A stretch of 64,000 nucleotides of DNA from an uncultured Methanosarcinales archaeon (GCA_964358315.1 CAYHOF010000001.1:39916-103915), one strand, 5' to 3'; shown: positions 20,130-29,412, counted from the first letter of the stretch. Numbers and translations: made by a program. The notes: generated from the sequence alone by a model not told the origin.

Positions 20130-21071
20130 ATGAGAACATTCGCAGAGAAATGGTTCGAAGCGGTCAAGCGCAATGATTCAGTGCTTTGTTTAGGTCTTGA
20201 TCCTGCCGAGTTCGAGATGGGACGAGGCGATAAAGGACTCCCTCAAGGCACGAATAAACTCGCGTGGTCGCTTGACTATATCGATGCAGGTGCGCCTGAT
20301 TGTGCTGCAGTCAAGTTCAACAAGAAATATTTAGATGGGCCGGCAGATAACTACGCTCTCAACACCATTTCGATACGTGCGCATACCCGTGGCCTTGCCG
20401 TGATAGAAGACAACAAGCTCGCCGATATTGCTGACTCCAATGACGCTGGCGTTTACAACGCAGCGCATCACAGGGACGTGGACGCGGTCACGTTCGCGCA
20501 GTACGCAGGCAACCTGAAACAGTGCGCAGACCAGGCGCATGCGCACGATATTGGCGCCATTGCCATGTGCATCATGAGCAACCCTGAGTTTGAGCAAGAG
20601 AAGCTCAAAGCAGTGCCGCTCCGCAGCCGTGAAGAAGCACAAACGTACCGTCCTGAGGACGTTTTCCACGTGGTCTACAAGACGTCACCGGCAGCATGGA
20701 TCCCTGCAGGAGAGCCGTGGCCCAACGTCTTCCAGTACATTCATGTGGCACAAAATGCGCGTGAGTGTGGCATCGACGCTCTTGTCATCGGTGCGCCAAG
20801 CGGTAAGGACAGCCCGAAACCGAACCATATCAAGGACGAGGAAATCGCGGCTGTGCGTCACTACGCAGGGCCTGACATGCTGATCCTTCTGCCGGGCGTG
20901 GGCGCTCAAGGAGGCGAAGCAAGCGCGATATGGAGGCACTTCGCACATGACCATGTCATCGTACCTATCAGTCGTGACCTCATGTTCCCGAAGAAAGGCA
21001 CGATCGCGGAAGCAGCCAATCGCTACAAGTGCATGCTGAACACATTGCGATATAACCAACTGCGCAACTGA
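20130..21071 (+). CDS. pyrF: Orotidine-5'-phosphate decarboxylase
   Basis: LCLGLDP, AVKFN, DNKLADI (DxKxxDI), LLPGVGAQGG and ISR motifs; GGAGGT SD. Confidence 0.88.
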   Translation: MRTFAEKWFEAVKRNDSVLCLGLDPAEFEMGRGDKGLPQGTNKLAWSLDYIDAGAPDCAAVKFNKKYLDGPADNYALNTISIRAHTRGLAVIEDNKLADIADSNDAGVYNAAHHRDVDAVTFAQYAGNLKQCADQAHAHDIGAIAMCIMSNPEFEQEKLKAVPLRSREEAQTYRPEDVFHVVYKTSPAAWIPAGEPWPNVFQYIHVAQNARECGIDALVIGAPSGKDSPKPNHIKDEEIAAVRHYAGPDMLILLPGVGAQGGEASAIWRHFAHDHVIVPISRDLMFPKKGTIAEAANRYKCMLNTLRYNQLRN

Positions 21072-21073
21072 AA

Positions 21074-22276
21074 CTAGGCCGCTTTGACCTTGCGCAGCAC
21101 TATCGCGCCCGCGAGGAATAGCACGATGATGACGATCACGGCAGGTCTGAACCCGAACGCTGTCGCGATGTAGCCGTACAGGACAGGCCCTAGGATGCCC
21201 GAGAACTTCTCGGTGAGGCCTTGATAGCCCAGCAGTTCGGACACTTTGTGCGCCGGCGTGATGCTGATGAGCAGCGGCCTCGTTATGGTCCAGATCGCGC
21301 CGAGCAACGCGCCGCCGACGATGCCTGTCACGACGAACGTGGTGTAGTTCGTCTTGACGTACAGCATGGTCATGAGCAGCGTCCAGAGCACAAGCACGGC
21401 ATAGAGCGTCTTCTTGTGACCGACACGGTCGGTCACCTTGCCCGCGATGAGCGAGCCGATGCCTGCCGCGACCGCCATGACGACGTAGATGGGCAGGAAC
21501 TGGAAGACGCTCAGGCCCAACTGGTCTTGTGCGTACAGGAAAAGGAAGATGATGGCGGTGTTCGCGGCGTCCATGTACAGGAAGGAAGAGAGCAGGAACC
21601 ACGCGACCGACTTGATCTTGTGGATGCGCGTCAACGTCCCGACCACGCGACGCAACGCGTCTTTGAGGTGCGGTAATCGTATGCGGGTCGCGCTCTTCTC
21701 AGGCACGAGCGCGAACGTGAACGACGCGAAGAGCAGGTAGAAGAGCGCGGTGAGGATGAACACGATCCTGATGCCTTCCACCGTCTCGTACCCGTAGAAC
21801 GAGCCGACGAGGTATGCGATGGCGATGCCGACCAGCGTGCCGCCATAGCCCGCCGCGGTGCCAAGGCCCGAGATCCATCCGACGTTCTTGCGTGATGAGA
21901 CGTTCACGAGCAGCGCGTCGTACACGTCCAGCGACGCGTGGTAGAACAGCGTTGCGAGCACGGCGGCGATGAGCATCGGGACGAGACTGAAGAACCCTGT
22001 CACGAACGTGAAGACGCACGTGAGGATGGTGAAGACGAGCAGGATGAGCTTCTTGCGCTGCGTGATGTCCGCGACCGCGCCCACGAACGGCACGAGGATG
22101 CCTGCGAGCAGTAATGCCGCGCCCATCGGGAGCCCGACATGGAATGGCGGTCCTCCTTTGAGCGTGACGAGCAGCGGGAAGAAGAGCGTGACGAAGAGCG
22201 CGGAAAAGATGGTGTCAGCAAGGTCATACATCACCCAACCGAAGATAGGGAGCTTGCCGACCTCTTTTTTGCCCAT
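21074..22276 (-). CDS. MFS transporter (UMF1/ATG22-like)
   Basis: GWVMYDLADTIFS, GAVAD..RKK, YDALL, GKVTDRVGHKK; about 12 TM; start chosen at MGKKE. Confidence 0.85.
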   Translation of the reverse strand: MGKKEVGKLPIFGWVMYDLADTIFSALFVTLFFPLLVTLKGGPPFHVGLPMGAALLLAGILVPFVGAVADITQRKKLILLVFTILTCVFTFVTGFFSLVPMLIAAVLATLFYHASLDVYDALLVNVSSRKNVGWISGLGTAAGYGGTLVGIAIAYLVGSFYGYETVEGIRIVFILTALFYLLFASFTFALVPEKSATRIRLPHLKDALRRVVGTLTRIHKIKSVAWFLLSSFLYMDAANTAIIFLFLYAQDQLGLSVFQFLPIYVVMAVAAGIGSLIAGKVTDRVGHKKTLYAVLVLWTLLMTMLYVKTNYTTFVVTGIVGGALLGAIWTITRPLLISITPAHKVSELLGYQGLTEKFSGILGPVLYGYIATAFGFRPAVIVIIVLFLAGAIVLRKVKAA

Positions 22277-22317
22277 CCAGCGGCATCCAGGCATTTCTTG
22301 TTTAAGAAGCCACCTGT

Positions 22318-24732
22318 TCAGAGACGGCGCACGGCCTCTTCGATGCGTTGCGTGGCCTCGAGTGTCGACAATCCTTTGACGCTCAGCGGCCTGCCCACGA
22401 TCAAGGTGGCGTCCCCGAAGCGCGGCACCCGCGCCTGGTTGGGCAGCACGTCCTCGATGCCGAGCAGCTTGAGCGGCACGACAGGGATGCGCAGTTCTGT
22501 CGCGAAGAGCCCGATGCCTGGCATGAACGGAAGGATGGGGCCTGAGGTGCGCCTGCGGCCTTCCGGGAAGATCAAGATGTTCCAGTCATGGTCGACCAGG
22601 TGGCCGGTGAAGCGCAGCGCGCGCCGGAACCCCTTGAGGTGCGGCAACGGGTAGAGGTTGATGAGCGCGGTGGTCAGGTGGAAGAGCACGCCCATGCCCG
22701 GATAACGGAAGCGGAGGTTCTCGTCGAAGAAGTATTCCTGCCATGCCGCGACCGCGATCCGATGCGAATAGCGGTGCGGCAGGTGGTCGAAGATGAAGGG
22801 CACGTCGAAATGGCTCTGGTGGTTGCAGACGAACAACAGCGGTCCTCGCACGCCATCGAGGTTCTCGCTGCCGATGATGCGCGGGCGCGCGAAGAGGCGC
22901 ACGAATGGGAAGATGAATGCGTGCTGCACGACGAACCGGAGAGTACGCGCAGGCCACGACAGCTGCCACGTGCCGTACAACGACCGCCCGTTCGCGGCCT
23001 GCACTGTCGTGACCATGGCTTCGACCTCGCCGACCTTGGTCGTCGGCGTGATGCGGTCCTCGTCCAGCTCGATCCCGAACTCCTGTTCGAGCAACGACGC
23101 GAGCTCGACCCGGTCAAGCGAGGAGAGGCCCAGCTGTTCGAGCGTGACGCCATGACGTACAGTCTTACTCGTGAGGCGTGCGAGGATGGCGTCGAAACGG
23201 TCCTGCGGCGCAGCCGCGGCAGTCCTGCCGCCTTCGTCGCGCACCCATTCCTTGACGACGAACTTGCGCACCTTGAGCGTGGTGGTGCGCGGGAAGTCGG
23301 GCTGGGACCACACGCTGAACCCCGCGATCTTCTGGTCGAAGCCCGCGTTCGCCTTGTCGATGATATCCTTTGCCTTGGCGCCCTTGTCAAGGATGAGCAC
23401 GGCATGGATCTCCTCGCCCTTCTTGCTCTCGAGGCCGATCACGCAACTGGCGCGCACGCCAGGGATCTTGCCGAGCACGCGCTCGATGTCCTCAGGATAG
23501 ACGTTGATGCCGGCCGGCGTCACGATCATGTCCTTCTTTCGTCCTTTGAGCACGAGGAATCCTTCGGGGTCGAACTCGCCCACGTCCCCTGTGCGCATCC
23601 AGCCATGATCGAAGAGTTCTTTTGTCTTTTTTGGATTCTTGTAGTAGCCAGGCGTGATGCTCGGCCCACGCGCCTGGACCTCGCCGTCATTGATGCGGAT
23701 CTCGACACCATGCAGCGGCCTGCCCACCGCGCCGACCTTTTTGTGGCCAGGAAGGTTGAGCGTGAGCACGGGCGCGCTTTCCGTCAAACCATAGCCCTGG
23801 ATGACGGGGATGCCGATCGTGTCGAAGAACGTCTCGAGCGCGGGATCGAGCGGCGCGCCACCGCACACGAAATAATCCACCCGTAACGCCCGTCGCACCG
23901 GTGCGAACATGAGTCTACGTAACGGTGAAGGCCAATGCTTGGCGCGTTCGACCATCGCAGGCAAGGTCGGTGCTTTTGCGAGGATGCTTGCGTGCAGCAG
24001 CTGCAGCACGCGCGGCACCACGATCATGTTCGTGACGTGCTCCTCCCGCAACGCCTCGAGCAACACTGCTGCCTTGAGGCGTTGAATGTACACGATGGTC
24101 GCGCCGTTGAGCAATGGCAGGTAGAGTCCGATGGTCTGTTCGAACACGTGGGAAAGCGGCAGCACGGACAGCAGCACGAAGTCCTTGTGCAGCGTCTTCG
24201 TGCCGTCGATGGCCTGCATGTTGGCCACGAAATTCTTGTGCGTGAGGATGACGCCTTTTGGTTCGCCTGTCGTGCCTGACGTGTAGATGAGTTGTGCGAC
24301 GTCGTCGTCCGCGACGCGCGCCCGCACGCCCGGCTCGGTCCGTTCCACCTCATCGAGCAATTCCTCGACCAGGATTGTGCGTTGCGCGCGGACGCGCGGC
24401 TTGATGCGTGTCTGGAACACGAGCGACGCCTTGACGTGCTTGTCGATGCTGCGCGCCAGCGCGACATCCGAACGCATGTCGACTGGCACGACGATCACGC
24501 CGGCCATGTACGAGCCCAGCAGGACGATGACGTACTCAAGGCCGTTTTGCGCCCACACCATGACGCGGTCGCCCTTCTTGACGCCGTGCTTGTCCAGCAG
24601 CCCCACAAACCGCATGCACAGCTCGTGGAGACGCTTGTACGTGCACGTGAACCGACGATAGTCCCTGCGGTCGACGATGGCTATCTTCTCGGACTCCTTG
24701 TTGGCGTCCAGAAGTTCGACGAGCGTGTTCAT
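22318..24732 (-). CDS. Fusion of long-chain acyl-AMP ligase (ANL), acyl carrier protein and PlsC-type acyltransferase
   Basis: IYTSGTTGEPKG, GYGLTE, RTGD, TTLKVRK (ANL); LGLSSLDRVELASLLEQEFGIEL (phosphopantetheine Ser); NHQSHFD and FPEGRR (PlsC blocks). Confidence 0.9.
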   Translation of the reverse strand: MNTLVELLDANKESEKIAIVDRRDYRRFTCTYKRLHELCMRFVGLLDKHGVKKGDRVMVWAQNGLEYVIVLLGSYMAGVIVVPVDMRSDVALARSIDKHVKASLVFQTRIKPRVRAQRTILVEELLDEVERTEPGVRARVADDDVAQLIYTSGTTGEPKGVILTHKNFVANMQAIDGTKTLHKDFVLLSVLPLSHVFEQTIGLYLPLLNGATIVYIQRLKAAVLLEALREEHVTNMIVVPRVLQLLHASILAKAPTLPAMVERAKHWPSPLRRLMFAPVRRALRVDYFVCGGAPLDPALETFFDTIGIPVIQGYGLTESAPVLTLNLPGHKKVGAVGRPLHGVEIRINDGEVQARGPSITPGYYKNPKKTKELFDHGWMRTGDVGEFDPEGFLVLKGRKKDMIVTPAGINVYPEDIERVLGKIPGVRASCVIGLESKKGEEIHAVLILDKGAKAKDIIDKANAGFDQKIAGFSVWSQPDFPRTTTLKVRKFVVKEWVRDEGGRTAAAAPQDRFDAILARLTSKTVRHGVTLEQLGLSSLDRVELASLLEQEFGIELDEDRITPTTKVGEVEAMVTTVQAANGRSLYGTWQLSWPARTLRFVVQHAFIFPFVRLFARPRIIGSENLDGVRGPLLFVCNHQSHFDVPFIFDHLPHRYSHRIAVAAWQEYFFDENLRFRYPGMGVLFHLTTALINLYPLPHLKGFRRALRFTGHLVDHDWNILIFPEGRRRTSGPILPFMPGIGLFATELRIPVVPLKLLGIEDVLPNQARVPRFGDATLIVGRPLSVKGLSTLEATQRIEEAVRRL

Positions 24733-25058
24733 CTCGTCACCAGCACCACGTGCGCTATCGCGTACTCGTGATCATGGCTGATGCTCAGGTCGCACTCAGT
24801 GATGGCGTCCTTGAGCGCGCCGGTCATGACGATCATAGGCCTGCCGGTCGCTTTCTTCTTGATCTCGATGTCAAGCCAGCGTGGACCGTCATCGATCGCC
24901 TTGAAGAACGCCTCCTTCGCGGCGAAAAGCCCCGCGAGGTGCTGTGCATCATGCTTCTTCTGCTCGGAGGGATGGAATACTTTGGCGAGAAACGCGGGAT
25001 TGTCCATGAGCCGCGCGAAACGCGGCACGTGCACGATGTCCACACCTGTCCGTAGCAT
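24729..25058 (-). CDS. acpS: Holo-ACP synthase (4'-phosphopantetheinyl transferase)
   Basis: GVDIV, LAGLFAAKEAFFKA, GRP, LSISHDHEYAIA; ATGA overlap with the ligase fusion. Confidence 0.93.
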   Translation of the reverse strand: MLRTGVDIVHVPRFARLMDNPAFLAKVFHPSEQKKHDAQHLAGLFAAKEAFFKAIDDGPRWLDIEIKKKATGRPMIVMTGALKDAITECDLSISHDHEYAIAHVVLVTR

Positions 25059-25080
25059 GGCGATGACGTGCCTGACGCAT

Positions 25081-25088
25081 TATTTAAA
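25081..25088 (-). promoter_or_regulatory. TATA box (TTTAAATA) upstream of acpS
   Basis: 23 nt upstream of ATG 25058 on the minus strand. Confidence 0.55.
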
Positions 25089-25734
25089 CGTTCTGAGCGT
25101 GGGCTGTCGTCGGATGTTTTTCCGCGCGGCGCACGAGATGCGAGATGCCATACGTCACGAGCCCCAAGAACAAGGTCAAGAGCGCGACGCGTAGCACCAC
25201 TGCCTCGAAGAACTCGGGCGGGAAGAGCGTGATGATCTTGGCGTTGTACGCGAACACCCAGTTGCCCTGCGGGAACGTGATGGTGTGGAATGTGTTCCAT
25301 AGCGCGTTGAACGGGACGATGGCGCTTGCGATCATCAGCGTGACAGTGAGGAGGCCGCCCCATTCGAGCGCGCTCGCGAGCTTCCTTCTGCGCCACGCCC
25401 GCGCGAGCAGCACCGTCCACAACCCCGTCCAGAGCGTGGTGAGCGCGAGGCCGCCGTGCCAGACGTTCTTGACGTCGCGCAAATGCTGCAGTTCGGCGTC
25501 GCTCATGCCTTCGATCGTGGGCAGTTCCTGCGTGTCCGACGCGATGTAGGAGTAGTAGTAATCGAGCGTCGCGTGCGCGTTGAGCGGGTCACGCGAATGC
25601 CGTTCGATGAGCGAGTGCAGGAGCGGCGCGGTGTGCATGATGATGCCGGCCGACACCGAGAACAGGACAAGAGGGAGAAGGATGATGATGGCGATCAGGT
25701 TCATACGATCAACGCCTTTCGTCGTGTTGTTCAT
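25084..25734 (-). CDS. DUF1461/TIGR01906 membrane protein, lipoprotein intramolecular transacylase (Lit)-like
   Basis: ELQHLRDVK and FHTITFPQGNWVF..IITLFPPEFF motifs with both conserved His; 4 TM; ATGA overlap with metG stop. Confidence 0.65.
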   Translation of the reverse strand: MNNTTKGVDRMNLIAIIILLPLVLFSVSAGIIMHTAPLLHSLIERHSRDPLNAHATLDYYYSYIASDTQELPTIEGMSDAELQHLRDVKNVWHGGLALTTLWTGLWTVLLARAWRRRKLASALEWGGLLTVTLMIASAIVPFNALWNTFHTITFPQGNWVFAYNAKIITLFPPEFFEAVVLRVALLTLFLGLVTYGISHLVRRAEKHPTTAHAQNV

Positions 25735-27704
25735 CGTATGGTCGCTCCGTCGTCGATGTCCACTTCCACATGCCCGAGCGGCGTGACGAGCTGCTGGCCG
25801 TCCACCACGACACGCTTGAGCTTGGTGGTGAGCTTCGCGGCGACGACGTCGTCGATGCCCACCTGTCCTGTGCCTGGCCGCACGCCGTCGATCGTGACAG
25901 GCGCGCCTGGCTCTGCGTCCTTGGCCTCAAGCACCTTGACCTTGCCGTCCTTGTCCGCGGCGAGCAGCATGCCTTGGCTCACGACACCGCGCAATTTCGC
26001 GGGCTTCATGTTGGCCACGATGATGATGTGCTTGCCGCGCAACTCTTCAGGTTGGTAGTATGCACGCAGGCCGGCGACGAGCGTGCGTTCCTCGTTGCCG
26101 ACGTTGATCTTCAACACGTAGAGCTTGTCCGCCTCGGGATGCGGCATGACGTCGAGCACGTGCGCGACACGCAGGTTGAGCTTCGCGAACGGGTGCTCTT
26201 GCTTCTTCACGTCGAGCTTCTTCTGTAATACCTCGCTCTTCTTGACGTTGCCTGTCGTGGTGTGGTCGAAGTGCGCTTCTTCAAGCGATGTCACGGATTG
26301 TCCGAGCTGCGCCGCTGCCTTCGCGGCCGTCTGCGGGATGAAGGGCGTCAGGTAGTGCGTCGCGACACGCATGCTTTCCAGGATCGTATAAAGGACCGTG
26401 CCCAGACGTTTCTTGTCCGTGATTTTCCAGGGCGTGGTGTCGGTCATGTACTTGTTGACCAAGCGCACGAACGTGAAGATGTGATCAAGCGCTTTGTGGA
26501 ATTCCAATGCGTCCAGCGCATTCTCGACATGCGGGCCCAGTGCATTGGCCGCGGTCTCGATGTCCTGCTCGTGCTCGGTCAACTCACCCATCGCAGGCCA
26601 TTCTCCTGCGAAATTCTTCTCGACAAGCGTGAGCACGCGCGAGAGCAGGTTGCCATACGCGTCCGCAAGGTCCGCGTTCACGTGCTTGACGAGCTCGGCC
26701 TCGCTGAAGTCGCCATCGTGACCGAACGGGATGTTGTAGAGCAAAAAGTACCGGGATGCATCGGTGCCGAAACGCGCGACGAGGTCCTTTGCGGTGATGA
26801 AATTGCCCAGCGACTTGGACATCTTCTGGCCCTCGATCGTGAGCCAGCCATGCGCATAGACTTGTCGTGGCAGTTCGATGCCGGCGCTCATGAGCATGGC
26901 AGGCCAGATCACGCAGTGGAACCACGCGATTTCCTTGCCCACAAGATGCGCGTCGGCGGGCCAGAACGTCTTGAAATCACCTTTGGCGTCAGGCCACCCC
27001 AGCGCGCTGATGTAGTTGGTGAGCGCGTCGAACCAGACGTAGACGACGTGGCCCTTGCCGATCGGGAACGGGATGCCCCATGCCACTGACGTGCGCGAAA
27101 TGCTGAGGTCCTTGAGGCCTTCCTTGACGCGGTTGATGAACTCGTCCTGCCTGAACTGCGGCGCGATGAATCCAGGATGCGCCCTGTAGTGCGCGAGGAG
27201 CTTGTCCTGATAGTTGCTGAGCCGGAAGAAGTAGGAGGGCTCCTTGATCGTCTTGACCTCTTTCTTGTGCACAGGGCACTTGCCTTCCACGAGCTCACGT
27301 TCGAGATAGAACTGTTCGCACCCGCTGCAGTACTTGCCTTCATAATCTCCCAGGTAGATGTCGCCCTTGTCATGCACGACCTTGATGAGCGCCTGCACTG
27401 CGCTCTCGTGCTGTTTGTCCGTCGTGCGGATGAATTGGTCATGGCTGATATCAAGCAGTTTCCACGCCTCCTTGAACGCAGGGACCACGCCGTCCACGAA
27501 CGCCTTTGGCGTCTTGCCGGCCTTGGTCGCCGCTTCTTCAATCTTCTGGCCGTGCTCGTCCGTGCCTGTGAGGAAGAACACCGTGTCGCCTTTGAGGCGG
27601 TGGTAGCGCGCGAGCACGTCCGCCGCGATCGTCGTGTACGCATGACCGATATGCGGCACGTCGTTCACGTAATAGATCGGCGTCGTCACGTAAAACTTGG
27701 CCAT
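25731..27704 (-). CDS. metG: Methionyl-tRNA synthetase with C-terminal tRNA-binding (Trbp111-like) domain
   Basis: KFYVTTPIYYVNDVPHIGH, GTDEHG, YVWFDAL, KMSKSLGN, and C-terminal ANMKPAKLRGVVSQGM. True start 27704. Confidence 0.96.
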   Translation of the reverse strand: MAKFYVTTPIYYVNDVPHIGHAYTTIAADVLARYHRLKGDTVFFLTGTDEHGQKIEEAATKAGKTPKAFVDGVVPAFKEAWKLLDISHDQFIRTTDKQHESAVQALIKVVHDKGDIYLGDYEGKYCSGCEQFYLERELVEGKCPVHKKEVKTIKEPSYFFRLSNYQDKLLAHYRAHPGFIAPQFRQDEFINRVKEGLKDLSISRTSVAWGIPFPIGKGHVVYVWFDALTNYISALGWPDAKGDFKTFWPADAHLVGKEIAWFHCVIWPAMLMSAGIELPRQVYAHGWLTIEGQKMSKSLGNFITAKDLVARFGTDASRYFLLYNIPFGHDGDFSEAELVKHVNADLADAYGNLLSRVLTLVEKNFAGEWPAMGELTEHEQDIETAANALGPHVENALDALEFHKALDHIFTFVRLVNKYMTDTTPWKITDKKRLGTVLYTILESMRVATHYLTPFIPQTAAKAAAQLGQSVTSLEEAHFDHTTTGNVKKSEVLQKKLDVKKQEHPFAKLNLRVAHVLDVMPHPEADKLYVLKINVGNEERTLVAGLRAYYQPEELRGKHIIIVANMKPAKLRGVVSQGMLLAADKDGKVKVLEAKDAEPGAPVTIDGVRPGTGQVGIDDVVAAKLTTKLKRVVVDGQQLVTPLGHVEVDIDDGATIR

Positions 27705-27726
27705 GCCATCATTCCACGGAAGCGTG

Positions 27727-27734
27727 TTTATAAA
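27727..27734 (-). promoter_or_regulatory. TATA box (TTTATAAA) upstream of metG
   Basis: 23 nt before ATG 27704. Confidence 0.6.
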
Positions 27735-27775
27735 CCTTGCTCGGGAATGGCGCTGCAGTAGATGACTGTGTGCGC

Positions 27776-28402
27776 TTATCGTTTCCGTTGCGAGTAGAAG
27801 TAGTACAGCAAGTACAGAATCAGCGTCGCGCCGATGATGTAGACAGGCCATGGTATCCCTGCGGGCGGCCGGACCGCGGGCGGCAGCGCGCAATCCGCAT
27901 CAAGGCCCTTCGCGCAGTCAGGATCGCACGCACCGTCCTTGTACGGCAGGCAGATCGCGTCCGGCCTTGTTATGGGGCAGTCGTCCTGGCAGCTGATGCT
28001 GTTCTCGAAACCCTCGCACTTGTCGTTGCGCTCGCACAACAGTCTCAGGTCGAAGGACGCCACCACGTCCTTGCCACGCACGACCTCGACCACGCCCCGA
28101 TTGCCAGGATAAGGCAGGCGGCTGGTGACCGTCCATGATGAAAGCGGTGCCTGCGCGTCAAGGAACCCGAACGTCACAGGGACGTGCGTCTCGTAGAGCG
28201 TCTGCCCTTCGAGCGCGAGCCGCAGCGCGTCGGGGAGCGCGCGTTGGTTCTCCCCGTCGATGCTCGTCAGCGTGACGGTCACGTTGTCGATACTGGCGCT
28301 GCCGTCTTTGTAGAAGGTCGTCTCGACGACGAGCGCGGTCTCCTGCGCGTGCACCGCGGCCGCGAGCAGCACCAACATCATCATGATGGTCAACGGTCTC
28401 AT
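27776..28402 (-). CDS. Secreted Cys-rich protein with C-terminal membrane anchor
   Basis: Start at ATGA overlap (MRPLTIMMML), signal peptide, CERNDKCE..ENSISCQDDC and DGACDPDC motifs, TM plus basic tail. Confidence 0.75.
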   Translation of the reverse strand: MRPLTIMMMLVLLAAAVHAQETALVVETTFYKDGSASIDNVTVTLTSIDGENQRALPDALRLALEGQTLYETHVPVTFGFLDAQAPLSSWTVTSRLPYPGNRGVVEVVRGKDVVASFDLRLLCERNDKCEGFENSISCQDDCPITRPDAICLPYKDGACDPDCAKGLDADCALPPAVRPPAGIPWPVYIIGATLILYLLYYFYSQRKR

Positions 28403-29412
28403 GCGCACACCCCGAGCACGTTGCAGAAGTACGTCTTGAAGACCGCCTGCATCTCCTTGCTGACCTTGCGCTGCGGCGGCACTTCGGCGCTGCCCATGAC
28501 GTTGAACGCGCCCTCGCCCTTGGTCTCGGCGTACTTGCCCTGGCAGCACGCGCCGCCCGTGCTGCAGCATTCTATTCCGCAGTTGCTGTTGAACGCGTTG
28601 GGCTTGCTGTTGAGGCACGGGTGGCCGAACGCCTCGCGCATCTGTATGTCTGTTCTGTCATACTCGCACGTGTCGTACTCGTCGCAAAGCCCGATCGTGT
28701 GCCCGAACTCGTGCACCGCCACGTGCGACGCCATTGAACACTGCGCGCCCCCCACATAGATGTTCGGGCTGTAGATCGTGGTGTACGCGCAACCGCACTC
28801 CTGCGTGTCCTGCACCTTGTCGCTGATGCCGACCAGCCGATACTTGTAGACAGGGATGCCGCCTTCGAACGTCAGGCGGGGCAGGCCCTTGCCTGTGCGC
28901 CGCTGCAGCCATCGCTGCACGTGCCTGTCATAGTGACGCGTCGACTCGATGCAGGGGATCTCGCGGTCATCAAGGGTCTCTTCGACGACCACGAAGTTGT
29001 AGTCCTGCAACGGCGCATTGGCGAGCAGGCTGATCTTGAGTATCTCCGCACGCCGCAAGAAGACACGATCGTCCGGCGCGTAACCGAGCGGGATGATGTA
29101 GAACGTGAAGTTCGAAGGCACTTCCTCTGCGCGACCGCCGCACGTGCCGTCCGCGTTGCACAATTCATTCACAGGACAACCGCAGCTCGCGCAGTTCGGA
29201 CGCAGCACGCCCTTGCGGCACTGCAGCGGCTGTTGCGGTGCGCACTGCCTGTTGAGCGTCCCCTCCTCGCAGTCCTCGCCCAGCCTGGCCGAACGCTCAC
29301 CGCTGATGACGCGGACCACGTCCTGTCGTTCGCTGACGTAGAGAAGCAGGGACACACTGATGACAAGGACAAGCCCCAAGATGATGAAGACAGTGATCTG
29401 TGCGCGACGCAT
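28399..29412 (-). CDS. Class III signal peptide zinc metallopeptidase (M64/M6-like HExxH...DEY)
   Basis: MRRAQ|ITVFIILGLVLV, HEFGHTIGLCDEY, NVMG Met-turn, Cys-rich domain. Confidence 0.8.
   Translation of the reverse strand: MRRAQITVFIILGLVLVISVSLLLYVSERQDVVRVISGERSARLGEDCEEGTLNRQCAPQQPLQCRKGVLRPNCASCGCPVNELCNADGTCGGRAEEVPSNFTFYIIPLGYAPDDRVFLRRAEILKISLLANAPLQDYNFVVVEETLDDREIPCIESTRHYDRHVQRWLQRRTGKGLPRLTFEGGIPVYKYRLVGISDKVQDTQECGCAYTTIYSPNIYVGGAQCSMASHVAVHEFGHTIGLCDEYDTCEYDRTDIQMREAFGHPCLNSKPNAFNSNCGIECCSTGGACCQGKYAETKGEGAFNVMGSAEVPPQRKVSKEMQAVFKTYFCNVLGVCA

Noticed and set aside
21074-22276. MFS as an LplT-type lysophospholipid flippase partner of the acyltransferase fusion
   Set aside because: Motifs fit UMF1/ATG22 rather than LplT, and it appears to have its own TATA-like box; functional linkage is unsupported.
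27705-27893. Apparent N-terminal extension of MetRS
   Set aside because: Overlaps the upstream gene and the TATA box; conserved sequence begins at MAKFYVTT (27704).
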